From assembly GCA_010093605.1 (NCBI GenBank), contig MU004198.1, positions 1,180,726-1,244,725 on the forward strand: a stretch of DNA of 64,000 nucleotides, read 5' to 3'. A program made the translations under genes and the position numbers. Below, in pieces: positions 23,617-35,651 of this stretch; position 1 is the first letter of the stretch; the number at the start of each line of letters is the position of its first letter. The DNA comes from Lophium mytilinum (lineage: Eukaryota). The notes beneath the pieces were generated by a model that worked only from the letters and a program-made list of their open reading frames with translations, made no database searches and had not been told where the DNA came from.

Positions 23617-24224
23617 CTACAAAAAGAAACTCTGCCAAAGCGCCAACGACCCCGCAACCAGCGGATTCAAGATCCTAACCCTATTCCAACTCGCCCACTG
23701 CCGCGCCACCGCCTCCGCATTCTCCATCTCCTCCACACTCGCCCTCCCCGCCAGCGCCTCCAGCTTATCATTCAGCGGCTGCATATTCCGCGCCGAATGC
23801 ACAATCGTAATCAAATGGCACACCGCACTAACCGCATAAACCCTCCAATCCGCCTGAGCACTCCCCTTGACAGAAGAAGTAGACTGGCGATACAGATACA
23901 CGGCGACGGCGCCGTAGCCGAGGAAGCCGAGCATGCTGATGGGGCGGAAGAACTGGTTGCCGACGGTCCAGCAGAGCGGCCACTGGCGGCCGAGGAGCTG
24001 GGCGCGGGAGGTGTGGGAGGGGGATTTGGCGGGGGGGAAGTCGACGAGGAGGGCGGGGACGGTCATGAAGGATTGGGTGATGGCGTTGCCTGGGAGTATG
24101 TCTTAATAACTTACACCAAATAAAAATACGAAAGGGATAGAAGAGAAGAGGCTGTACCGACGAGGATGTAGGACATGGAAATGCAGCTGCCCGCGATTGA
24201 CTGGATGAGTGTGTTTGACGCCAT
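23617..24224 (-). CDS. DUF1772 / anthrone-oxygenase-like membrane protein; exons 24224-24158 and 24089-23617
   Basis: Four hydrophobic segments with VPALL..RQW..GN, MQPLNDKL and WASWNRVR motifs. The intron joins LVG|NAITQSFMT in frame. Confidence 0.7.
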
Positions 24225-26860
24225 GTTGGCGTGGTGGTGGGAGATGCTGAGCTGGACGGAGATAGTAGTGGGGATGTGATGTGATGTGATCGCCGGGGGA
24301 AGGAGGATCAGACGGCAAAGATTCTTATACCGAAAGTGAGGTATGTTTCGACGTGAAGCGAGCAACCCTTCGCCGCGATCAGCTGACCCGGACCTGATCG
24401 GCCAAACACTTTATCACCAGGGCGCACGCAGTAACAGTGTAATACCGCAAACGGAACCACTACGGGTGCGCCCCGTTACTCTAGCAATAGCGCCCGGTAA
24501 TCTTTGGCCGGTGGCTGGGGTGCTGATGATGCTCCAGTAGCGTGTCTGGGATAGGGCCCCGATGACAGCTACGTCCATGCATGCAGCACGGATTGATCTC
24601 CGCAATCTACCCTTCGCTCAATGTCTGAGATGTCGCGATTACGCTACGGCTCCCCGAGTCGGATATGCAGAGCGGGATATTGCTGGGACGTTGACACGCG
24701 CGTGGAGAGGGGTTGGGGTGGTATACCTAGTAAGGTACGGAGCATGGTTCCATGGATCTATGACGATAGCTAAAACCTGCCTCTCATTGCACCTCGGGTG
24801 ATTAGTTTTTGTGGAATTGAGTTTTGTTGGCTTTGAGAAGTTGGGATGGGGTTGGTGACGCCATTCTGATCGAAATGATGGGTTTGGTGGTGAGATGGTG
24901 AGGTGAGACAGTTCAATGCTGAAGGAGGTCTAGGTGGAGCAATCAGTCACGTGGCTTTTTTCACCCATCACAAGGCTGACATGCTTTAGCGCCTTCTATA
25001 GAACTATCCTCTTGGCAAGCATTGAATCAAACCGTGTACGAACCGTTTACAGCCGGACGCTAAGATGTTCTCACCACTTAGGCACGTCACGTGCTCATCG
25101 TGATACTAATCCTCAACGCCTTTCAGCAATGCTCTGTCTTAGCCACTGTGTATTTACTGGAGTTGCTACATTGGATACGCGAGAAAACAAGTAACATGAA
25201 GTCTGTCAAAACATCCCTCCTAAATTTGCCTGTCACGACCAAATGCCTCAAACGACACAAGCCCTCGCGCAATATCGCATCCGGCGTACCGCAGCCTTCC
25301 GAATCAGGCCCTTGGACTCTTCTCAAGAGAATGACATAGAACACCAGCCCGCCTCATGTATGTATGTATGCTCTTACGCTGGGTTGAAGATCGCCTCCTC
25401 GCCCTCCTTCTGTCCCCCACCTATCCTCCCATGACTTATCTCGGGCGCTGCAATAATGGTGGTGTCTCTGCTCGTGAAGGATGAGTCTATCTTCGTGAGA
25501 CTGGGCTTGATGTCCTTCCGCACGGTCATTATGCTGAGAACGTTCTCGTCCAAGCCGTCCGAGAAATCCGGCGTGAGATGGCAATTGTTTTCGTTCGCTG
25601 CATTTTGAAATGCAGGCGGAGGCATTCCCTAGAGATTCAGCTCCTGGCTCCTGTGCAAACTGGCGGTTGACGGTAAAAGGAAGGCCCAACCTGATTAAAG
25701 TGCCCATTACATGGGAGATTGACCTAGGCAGAGCGCGAGTAAATGAAACCTCTACACTCCCTTCATCTCCGGATCCTTCCCACGCTCCCAAATCGCTAAG
25801 TTTAGGGTCTCGAGAGTCGAGTCAAGTCACAATTCGTGTCGACCAGAGCTCAACAATCGATTGTCTGAGAATCATTGCATTTGCCGTCGCAGGGAAAACT
25901 CACCTTGAGTTCCAATTCCATGAATGGATTTGATTAGATCCGCAATCCAAACCGATCGTTTCCATGATAGACCCAGCTCCGAAACCCGTATTCACTGTTT
26001 TGGTAGTGTCACTTTAGTAAGACAGGTAGATGCACATTTTGACTTGCTCTTAAGCCCGGTCCTTCATTCTTGAGTCTTCTCACGTTCATAACACAGCCAT
26101 GAACGCGTGAAATCCTAGAGCAAGGTAATTCCTTTACCTTTGGGTTTTGAGGTCTAGTCGTTCTTGCGTGCATGTTCTCTCCCAGAGAGTCTGCTGTGCA
26201 CGTTCCTCATCCTCGATACTGGTTTCATATTTTCGACGTGCACACTGCTTTCACAGAGTACCTACATCTCCACGCCCTCTCATCCCCTATCTCAGGCTTC
26301 TCCCAAACCCGCGGTTCGGTGGGCGCGGTATTGAAGGCACCGCTGTGGTAAGGAACCGTGACCACCTGGATCAATGACACGGACGATGGACCGGCTATCA
26401 ATACCATTTTGGTGGCTCGCTCGGCGAATTCTGAGGCGGCGGCTGTGCCCTCAAAACGTGCGATGGCGGTCCAGGCAGCGCTACCGAACGGGCGTGGAGC
26501 ATCTCCTGGAGCCGACCGTGCAGATAGATGCGAAGAATTCTCGCATACACCCGAAGAATGTCTGCATGATTGCGGAAAAGATCGCGCAGGATATCAAAAT
26601 ATCAAGAATAGAAATTGAGCTGCAGTGTAAGAAAGTTATGATCTGGAGGTGTAGGATATTGATGGATGTTTGACCAGAAAGAAAGCAGACGTGATATAGA
26701 GTCATATAGACATATGCATTAATACCTATAGTGTAGAGCTATATGAAGGCTCAAAAGATGGATACACGAAGCGTGATATCGGGTTATATGCCACAGAAAT
26801 GGTAATGAAAGTAGAGTCGTAGATGCCATAACGCATCACCGTCGTATCTTGATCATCTTG

Positions 26861-27829
26861 TCATCTCATGCAAGCTTTCGAGGTACCCGAAGAAGCTGCT
26901 GTCGTCGTTGATGCTCTCGCAACATTGCTCCTCCAATCGTGTTTCGTTTTGACGTCCGTTAGGGGTAGCCCTTTGTGATAAAGCAAATACCCGGACACCT
27001 GGTCTGTAAGCTCCGGTGGAAGGCGGTGTCCAGCTACCAGCAAGACCATAGTCCTAACATCAAACACTCTCTGACTTTCGAGGAGGAACTCGAGTGACTT
27101 GGCGAAATATGATCCACGCTCCCACCACTCGACTTTACCGGCGGACAGACCAAGCCTTATATCTTTCACTACAGTCCATACATCCCAAATAGCGCTCTTC
27201 TCCCACCACTCTAGGGCGATATACAACATGGCATCATCTAGCAGGAAGTATATGCTCTGACGCTGCGAATTGAGCATGTAGACGAAAGGCGAATCGGTTC
27301 GATGGAGCACAGATATGCTAAACCACACGAGGGTGTCGCAGGCGAATTCGTAACCATATGGGAGGCGAGCGAGACGCCAAACGCCCTTTATAAAATCTTT
27401 CATCCGAAGGGTGATGGTCGAGTATTCCCCGCCGGGTTGGATATCGCGGCAAAGATCGGTGGTTGAGGCGCGGAGGAGACGGGAATAGGCGTCAGCATCG
27501 GATGAGTCGAGAGGCTTCGTAACATCAGCAGGGGCGTCGTCCATCTCGACGTCCTCGTTCTCATCGGATGTGGCATTTGGGAGAAGGCGGCTTGGAGCGA
27601 TTGGAGGTGGCGCGGGAGGCTGAGGTGAATGAAATTGCTGAGACCGCTGACCCCCGTTCATCACCCAAGGACCGACGCGGAATGTCGGGTTGTTGTAGAA
27701 GTCTGATCTTGGGAGCGGGGCAATGCGGTCCAATGCCTGATAGAGGCGGACGTCTGTTCGGCGGGACTTTGACGGTGGCATGTAGGAGGAGCAGAGGTCG
27801 AGCGGGCGCTTGGCGCAGAGGAGACTCAT
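26861..27829 (-). CDS. Hypothetical protein (322 aa) with C-terminal RLPPEL F-box-like motif
   Basis: Single long ORF with protein-like composition, divergent from cwf23. No family recognised. Confidence 0.6.
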   Translation of the reverse strand: MSLLCAKRPLDLCSSYMPPSKSRRTDVRLYQALDRIAPLPRSDFYNNPTFRVGPWVMNGGQRSQQFHSPQPPAPPPIAPSRLLPNATSDENEDVEMDDAPADVTKPLDSSDADAYSRLLRASTTDLCRDIQPGGEYSTITLRMKDFIKGVWRLARLPYGYEFACDTLVWFSISVLHRTDSPFVYMLNSQRQSIYFLLDDAMLYIALEWWEKSAIWDVWTVVKDIRLGLSAGKVEWWERGSYFAKSLEFLLESQRVFDVRTMVLLVAGHRLPPELTDQVSGYLLYHKGLPLTDVKTKHDWRSNVARASTTTAASSGTSKACMR

Positions 27830-28140
27830 GCTAGAGGGCGCGGAGGAGGTGGTGAGGATAGATGAGGCTGCGGTTGTTGGATGGCATGATGGCGTGGACG
27901 AGGTAGCAGCAGCAGAGGGCGAAGCGATGTGATGAGATGCAGGGTGAGAGGGAGCTTGAAATCATCCGATGACGCCCTCGTGCAGCACGCTTGAGGCTTT
28001 CAGGGTCTGCTCGGAACTTGCCGCCTTAGCCTTCCGCGATTCACAACATTTCACAGCCTTCAGGACCTTGCCACCACAACAACACCCCTCCACATCACGC
28101 CCTGCTTTGCAGCCTGCGGACAGCCGCAATACCCGCGACT

Positions 28141-29208
28141 ATGAGCTCCGAAGACCTCAAAGATCACGCCAAGACGGCCGAGGTTGACTTTTATGAGCTG
28201 CTGGGTGTTGCCTACGAAACCAGCGAGTCCGACATCAAACGCGCCTACCGAAAGACCTCACTGCAGTACCATCCCGACAAGAACCCTGGCAAGCTCGATG
28301 TCATCGAGAAATTCCACCTCCTCGCCATCGCCCGCGATGTGCTCCTCGATCCTGAGGCGAAGGCCCTATACGACAGGTTGCGGCAACAGAAGAGGCAGCG
28401 CGAGCTCGAGCATCACCTACTCGATGGGAAGAGGCGGCAGATGAAAGAGGACCTGGAGGCGCGCGAAAACGGGTTTAAACGAAAGCGCGACGACGACTTC
28501 GATGCCGAGGAGAAGCTGGCGAGGGAGATCAGGAGGCTGGCCGAGGATGGAAAAAGGCGGAGGATGCAGAGGGAGGAGATGCTGAGCCGGGAGAAGCAGG
28601 AGGGGGAAGAGCCCGAGGATTCGTCCATATTGGAGTCCGACACCGCACCACCTCCAAAAGGTCCATCAGAAGTCCCTGACGAAAACCGCACCGTCAAGGT
28701 TTGCTGGCTGCGAGAAGGCGCTGGCGTAGCCATAGACAAGACCAAACTGGCCGAAATATTTTCAAAGTTCGGCGAGACGGACAGCGTGTGGGTCAGGAAG
28801 GACAAGAAAGTGCGCAGGAGCGATGCTGCGAAACATAAGAGCGTCATGGCAACGGGCTTCATCGTCTTCAGATCCATCGTTGCCGCTCATGCGGCTGTAG
28901 AAGACGCGAAAGAGAAAATCCCATTCCTGGACTCTGTGTCGTGGTGGAAGAAACCGGACATTCCAGGCATTCAGTCACCTCCAGCACCTAAGCTCTCCGC
29001 GCCATCTACGCCCGTGTCAACACAAAAGTCTTTCCGCGCATCATTCCCGGGCGTTCGCCCAGGAGGCGCAAGTCTTGGGACACCTTCATTTTCATTTTCT
29101 CCGCAGAGTCCAAGTTTGGAAGAGGTCACTATGATGCGATTGAAGAAAGCTGAGAAGAGGCGTCTGGAGGACCAGATTCGGAAACAAGAAGCTGCTGCTG
29201 ATGAGTAA
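28141..29208 (+). CDS. cwf23: Pre-mRNA splicing factor Cwf23/Cwc23 (DnaJ domain, coiled coil, degenerate RRM)
   Basis: J-domain DFYELLGV..IKRAYRKTSLQYHPDKNP; RRQMKEDLEARE coiled coil; RTVKVCW..FSKFG RRM-like segment; C-terminal SLEEVTMMRLKKAEKRRLEDQIR. Confidence 0.88.
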   Translation: MSSEDLKDHAKTAEVDFYELLGVAYETSESDIKRAYRKTSLQYHPDKNPGKLDVIEKFHLLAIARDVLLDPEAKALYDRLRQQKRQRELEHHLLDGKRRQMKEDLEARENGFKRKRDDDFDAEEKLAREIRRLAEDGKRRRMQREEMLSREKQEGEEPEDSSILESDTAPPPKGPSEVPDENRTVKVCWLREGAGVAIDKTKLAEIFSKFGETDSVWVRKDKKVRRSDAAKHKSVMATGFIVFRSIVAAHAAVEDAKEKIPFLDSVSWWKKPDIPGIQSPPAPKLSAPSTPVSTQKSFRASFPGVRPGGASLGTPSFSFSPQSPSLEEVTMMRLKKAEKRRLEDQIRKQEAAADE

Positions 29209-30181
29209 ATACCGGCATGGGATACTATTTGACTTTTAGCGTGGTGTTACCGGGAGGTTTGGGTTTGCATCAAGATACCTACCACTAATAGGAGTTACTC
29301 ACCAGATGGTGAGTGCCATTTTGCATCTCCGGAGCAGTTGACCATCTAGTGCTCGAAGACGAATCGTGAAGAAAGCACCAGAGCGCCACGAATATTCGAA
29401 GACATAATTGCGCGCTCTCACGGCGTGAATACTTACCGCCCTCAAGACTTGACCTTTCCGATTGCTGTTCATGCCTCCTACTTCCGCCGGCGACAGCAAT
29501 ACCTTGACACATCTACCACACTAATAATTTACATTGTCCCATGACCTCCTGGTATCAGGTCTTTCCAAACAAGCCACATTCTCAACCCCGGACTTCCATT
29601 CGGCAGCCGCTTTCCCTTGTCGATAGCACGAGGCTGAGTCGAGGCTGAGCTGCCAATTTTTCCAAAAGCGGCTAGCGCATGCAGCTCAGATATCGCCAAC
29701 AGTCAATCAACACCACCATGGATGCACCACCGACCTCATTCCTCATGTATTAGCATCCCATGTCAGGTAAATGCCTTGTCATATGGAACAGCTCGGTTAG
29801 ATACGTACGCGCTCTCCATCCTCAGGATGGCCAGTTGATCAACGAATATGCTGGTCTGGTCACTACAAGGCTGAAGGCTAGAACAGTTGGTTGCATGGCT
29901 CGTAGCCGTCCTAGCCGTCCTGATAAGTGTTTAGTCGCTTCCTTATCAGCTGGTGGTGACCTCTTTGGGATACTGATCTCTTTAATATTCATGATTTATC
30001 CCTTCTGACCGCGCGGCCGTCTTTGACTGAGATCACCTCGGTAGAATGATGAGTTGGTTTTTCATTGCCTCGTACCCTGAACTCATCATATGCGCATCTA
30101 CTTCTAGTCTGCCTTCCTTGAGTGTAGAAGCCTGTTTCCTCATCCCAAATCCATTCTGTCTCCCTGTGTAGACAAGGCGTC

Positions 30182-31916
30182 ATGGCGCCTCGTTTCTCAA
30201 GAACCATACTAGCCTTTTGCTTTCTTCTCTCCTCTGTGGGCGCAATACCTAGTCAAGGCACCTTCATTGGCATAACAGCATGCTCCACAAACTTCTCCCA
30301 GAACATGACCGAGATGACCCTCCCGCAGTGTTACTCCCTCTGCGGCACGGGCTGGGCATCCTACGACAAATGGGACGCCCTTACCAGCATTTTGACCTGG
30401 GTGGTACCTCTCTTCGTACTAGTCGGCAACATGCACTTCTCACACTTCGATGTCGCCATCTACAAGAAGCACCCAAACCAGCGATGGTGGTATGCCGCAC
30501 GGCGAGTTGTGGTAAACGACAGTCGCAGTCTACTTTTCAACTACGCTTTTGTGATACTACACGTCCTTGCCGACCCAATCGATACGATATGGAGTCTGCT
30601 GGATAAATTAGCTTTCGCGAGGGAAACAAAGGCATATATCCATCAGCAGATCAGATATCTATCACGCCCTAAGCTCCCAACCGTCACCGCCAAAGGCACC
30701 ATCACCATATCCCTCCACCGCCTACCAACCCACCCCAGCGCACCCAACCCGCAACCCCCAAAGCTCACCCCCCGCAACCTCCAAAACCTACAAATAGTCC
30801 TCTTCGCCCTCGACGACTTCTCTCCCTCCCCCTCCATACCAACCCTCCTCCACCTCCTCCACCACCCTACCCTCCCCTCTCACCACCGCGAGAAGCTGCT
30901 GGACACCCTCACCCACACCGCAACCCTCCTCTCCCAAACCCGCATCAAAAGCGCCCGCCGCGCCGCCCTCGCCGTCATCGCCTACGCCTACCCTCTCTTC
31001 ACCTCCGTCGCCAGCGGCGCCGCCGCCTCCTCCACCCCGCTGCACTTCCCCCACACCATCGCCCTGCGCGAGCTGTACTACTGGCTCATTCCCACCATCG
31101 CGCTTAGCTCAGCGGCGGGCGCGTGGCCGACGGAGAAAATTGCGGAAGTCGCGTTGCTGCCGCTTGTGCGTGAGGTTAATCGGGTCGCGCGGGAGATGGG
31201 GATGAAGGGGGAGAAGATGGTGCTGGAGCCGCTAAGGCCGTGGGGCGGGGCGGTGTATACGTGGCGGCCGGGTAAGCGGGTGAGGTGCTGGGGGGAGGTT
31301 GGGATGCTGGGGAGTGCGCTGGCGGTTGTGGCGGGGGCGTGGGGGTTTAGTTTTGCGATGAGTGTGGTTACGCCGACGCAGGGGTTGGGGTGTAGGGCGG
31401 TGACTGAGGTTGGGTATTTTGCGGCGTGGTGTTTGAGTTGTGCGGGCACGTGGTGGGTGTGTTGGTGGTGGGATAGGGAGAGGGGATGGGGAGAGACGTG
31501 GGGAGAGGGATTTGAGGAGAGAAATGTGAGAGCGCGTCGGCTGTTTATCATGGTGTTGGTTAAGGATGCGGTTTTTGCGGTTCCGATGACTTTGATATTG
31601 TTTTTGGCGTTTAAAGGTATGTCGTAATTATGTCAGGATGTTTGAGCGAAGCTGATGTCTTTTAGGATGGTGGAATAGCTGTGATTGCTGGTCCGCGAGG
31701 TGGAGTCTTGGCTTTACGAAGGCGCGTGTTCCGCTTGGATTGGCCGGGTGGGAGAAGCAGCACGATTACCTTTATTACGCCCTCATTGGGGGTGCACTGG
31801 GTTTTCAAGTGCTTGCCGCAGTGGGCATGGTCGGTTGGAATTGGGGGGTGTTGAGACTGATTTATGGGGATGAGGCGGATGAGAATAGGGTAGGGATATC
31901 GAAGGGAAAGGCATGA
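30182..31916 (+). CDS. Multi-pass membrane protein of unknown function; exons 30182-31616 and 31666-31916
   Basis: Signal-like N-terminus and several hydrophobic helices, with motifs TWVVPL, LADPIDTIWSLL, TPTQGLGCR and GWWNSCDCWS. Intron 31617-31665. Confidence 0.7.
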
Positions 31917-32536
31917 GACGCTCATTTGTGAGTTCTTTATTCTTCCTTTTTGCTAAGGTTCAAATGGAAGCCATTTTACGTGGAGGTCTCCGGGTATACT
32001 TCAGCAAGTCTATGCTGCTTGCATGAGAATTAGATAAACTCAGCATCGCGACCTACTTTTCTCTTCACGTTTTCAACAAGTTCTCTCCTCTCAAAACGAG
32101 ACTTGCTAACTGCAAAGTTTGGTCATAATGCCGAGGATCACGAAGAGTATGGGTTCAGACATCAAACATCCAATGTGATCATGCGGTTCTCGCGTCCTAA
32201 TTGGCCACCGTCGACTTCATACGTTTTTCCCCACCACCTCCCTTTGCGGCAACATTCTCCACATGTCCAGTAACAAAACGATGGCATCAGCTCTATTCAA
32301 GTCCCGACATGATTTTTCGGCAATAAGTTCCTCCTTCGCACATCATTCGCCCTAGTATGAGCAACCCCGAAGTCTGATCCCACCCGCCTCATGCCAACCT
32401 TGGAACCACTTCACTGGCAGTCTGGAACCTCCAGTCATTAGCTTTCCAGCATTCGAAAAGGATATATATACCACGGCCCGCCAGTCATGCCCCTTTTATT
32501 TTTCGCTGTTCCTTACATACTATCCACCCAACTTCC

Positions 32537-34330
32537 ATGTCCAGGCCAATGCCTGCCGACACACGTCCACATGATCCTAGCAAGTCCCTGGGCCTCAGGA
32601 TAGCTGAGTTATGCCTCGGCCTAATGAGAATTCCAGGAATTGGATCAACACAGCCCGTTCATCGCATCACGGGAACGCATACATCCTCCTCTGAGTCGTC
32701 GGAAGACACGGAGAAGCAGGAACAAACGACAGCATCGGAACGGCCCATCTCATGCTCAGAGACTTCTAGCATAGATGGAACTTGTGTAGACTGGGACGGT
32801 CCAAATGATCCGGCACAGCCAGTCAACTGGTCATTGCGCAAGAAAGCGAAGAATCTAGCCATAATCACCTACCTCTCCTTTCTCACGTTAGTCATAGCCC
32901 TGGTCTCCACCTGAGGTATTTTTAGACTGATCTCCAAAGACCATTCAGCTCAACCATGTTCGCGCCCGCGGTCTCCGACGTAATGAAGACTTTTCACTCA
33001 ACCAATTCCGAGCTCGCATCCTTCGCCGTTTCCGCCTGCGTCCTTGGTTACTTCGTTGGACCGCTCTTCTTGGGCCCAGCGAGCGAATTGTACGGTCGCG
33101 CCCCGATTTACCACATGTGCAACTTCTTCTTTACCATTTTCTGCGTTGGTTGTGCGGTTTCTAATAGTCTCGGTCTGCTGATCACTTTCCGCTTTCTTGC
33201 GGGCATGTTTGGAGGATGTCCGATTACCATTGGCGCCGGCTCATTAGCAGACATGTTCAAGCAGGAGGAACGGGGAACGATGATTGCTATCTGGGCGATT
33301 GGGCCGCTGGTTGGGCCTATTATTGGTCCGATCGCGGGTGGGTTTCTGAGCCAGAATGCGGACTGGAGATGGGTATTTTGGCTCATTGCTATTGCTGTAA
33401 GCGATTCAGCGCCTCTTTAACGATCATTCAACCGCTAATGCACGCAGGCCGGAATCGGCGCATTGCTCTCTCTGCTTCTGCTGGATGAGACGTACCCGCC
33501 AACCATACTAGGCGACAAAGTTGCACGCCTCCGAAAGAGCGTTAGGAATAAAAGCTTCCACTCTGTATACGATGCCGACCCAAATCGACGCACATCCAAG
33601 GTCTTTATATACGGCATTGTACGCGCTGTGCGCCTCTTTCTCTTCTCGCCAATCGTATCAATTCTATCAATCTATCAAGGGGTGAGCTTTGGCTATTTGT
33701 ACTTGCTATTCACCACGTTCCTTCCTATCTTCCAGACCCGGTACCACTTCTCAGAAGGCGCAGTAGGTTTGGCGTTTCTTGGCATCGGTATCGGATCCAT
33801 TGTTGCGCAGGTATTCGGTGGACTAGCCTCAGACGCGATTCTGAGGAAGCTGGCTGGTAATGGCGTGCTGAAGCCCGAATACCGCTTACCCCCGCTCTTC
33901 CCGATCTGCTTCCTTATCCCAATCAGTCTCTTCTGGTATGGCTGGTCCGCGGAGAAGAAGGCGCATTGGATCGTGCCACTCGTTGGTACCGGGGTGCTGG
34001 GGTTTGCGCTCAACATGGTCTTCGTAAGTCAAGTTCTAAAGATCCCGCGAAGCTGGCAGTGCTGATGCCCAATAGACATGTATCGTCACATACCTCATAG
34101 ACGCGCACCCACTCCACGAAACCAGCGCCGTAGCAGCATCTGTCGCTGTCCGTTCCCTCGGTGGAGCGTTATTCCCGCTCGCTGGACGAGCCATGTATAA
34201 AGCCATGGGACTGGGCTGGGGGAATTCACTACTCGGATTTCTAACACTTGCGATGTGCCCATTTCCCTGGTTATTTTATAAATACGGCGAGCGGATTCGG
34301 ACGAATCCAAAGTTTCAGATCAAGTGGTGA
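32537..34330 (+). CDS. MFS drug:H+ antiporter (DHA1 family); 4 exons
   Basis: VDWDGPNDPAQPVNWS, PASELYGRAP, GPIIGPIAGG, ETYPPTIL, KPEYRLPP, LGWGNSLLG, YGERIR. Introns ~32887-32939, 33396-33447, 34024-34075. Confidence 0.93.
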
Positions 34331-35651
34331 GGGTGGAGTACCGACTCGGGACGTTTCTGGTTGCGCCAGTTGAACGCGGAAATGTATTCAATCGCGGAAG
34401 TTACGGAATCTGAAGAACTTAATATATGTAATCAGCAATTTTTGAAAAGATAGTATAGCGGAGTGTTTTGGAAGCCTGGCCGGCGGAGGTGAAGTACAGC
34501 GCCAGGCAATAAGTCTGTGCACACCTGTTTGCCACTGCTTAGGGTGTCCCCCAAAAACTTTTAAACGTCCAAGCGCGATATCAAGTTTCAAGCAGTGCAA
34601 ATCAGACCGTTCCTTGACTCATTAGCTATACTACCTCTCTCAGTGGGTCCAGTGAGCAAGATTGGAGCCGAGCAGTAACGGTGTTCGTGCGCCTAGCCTT
34701 ATGGTCTAGTACTGCAATCAATACTCTTCGCTTCGATTTAGAAGGTGAGGAAAAGTATAGCGATTCAGTTAGAAGTATTATATGTTAAGTCTATCTTCCT
34801 TTAATTTCAACTAATTCAACCCCACCATAGAAAGGTAGAATCTACAGAGTCCCATACAGTGTCCTCGGCCCCACCCCGACGCATAAGGCTAAAGCGAGTG
34901 TATTACGGTTGAGGAATAAAAGCTATAGATGATCACCATGGTTTATGCACGCCGTCCGCCACAGTTCCAGCCTTGCATGCAACAAGCATCACACGATCTG
35001 GGATTAGCGAGAGGCGCTCTTCGACGTACCTATCGGGTGATCCCAAAGGGATGTGCAAGCGCTGTGGCGCCTTTATGTCCCCGGGCAATGAAGAAATTCA
35101 CGTGATGTTTCAGCTGAAAATGATGGTTTGGGCATTAATCTCCGTCTCTGCGTCAAGCCTGGCCCCCATGTCCTCATGCAGTCTATCGAAATTTCAGCCT
35201 TGCATACAGGTGTGCTTGAGTTGCAATTTGACTGGCCATACCCAAGATTCGGGCGTAGGTGTTCGCCTAGTATCAGTTTGCCTTCTCTTGAAAGCTGAGG
35301 GAGCGCAGAGTCGCAGCTGTCATCGGCGCTGGGCGTCAACATTCTGCTATATGTAAAAACTAGTATCCTCAAAACAATGGTAAACGTTGCAATTTCTCAG
35401 ACCAATGGTTTCAAATCCGATAAACTACATTCAGCTACCAATTTTCTTCTCGATACTTTTTCCGACGCGATCAGGGTATCGTGCAAACCGCTTGTAGCAA
35501 AAGACCGTAGTCTATCCTCTAAGCTGAGGCATACTCATTCCACCTACAGAACTAGTAAATTGCCTTCCTTTGCGACTCTAAGCTTTTTTTCTAATCCTTT
35601 CTACCTCAGACAGCATCGCCCTTGACGAAACCTCTTCCAATTCGAGGAACG

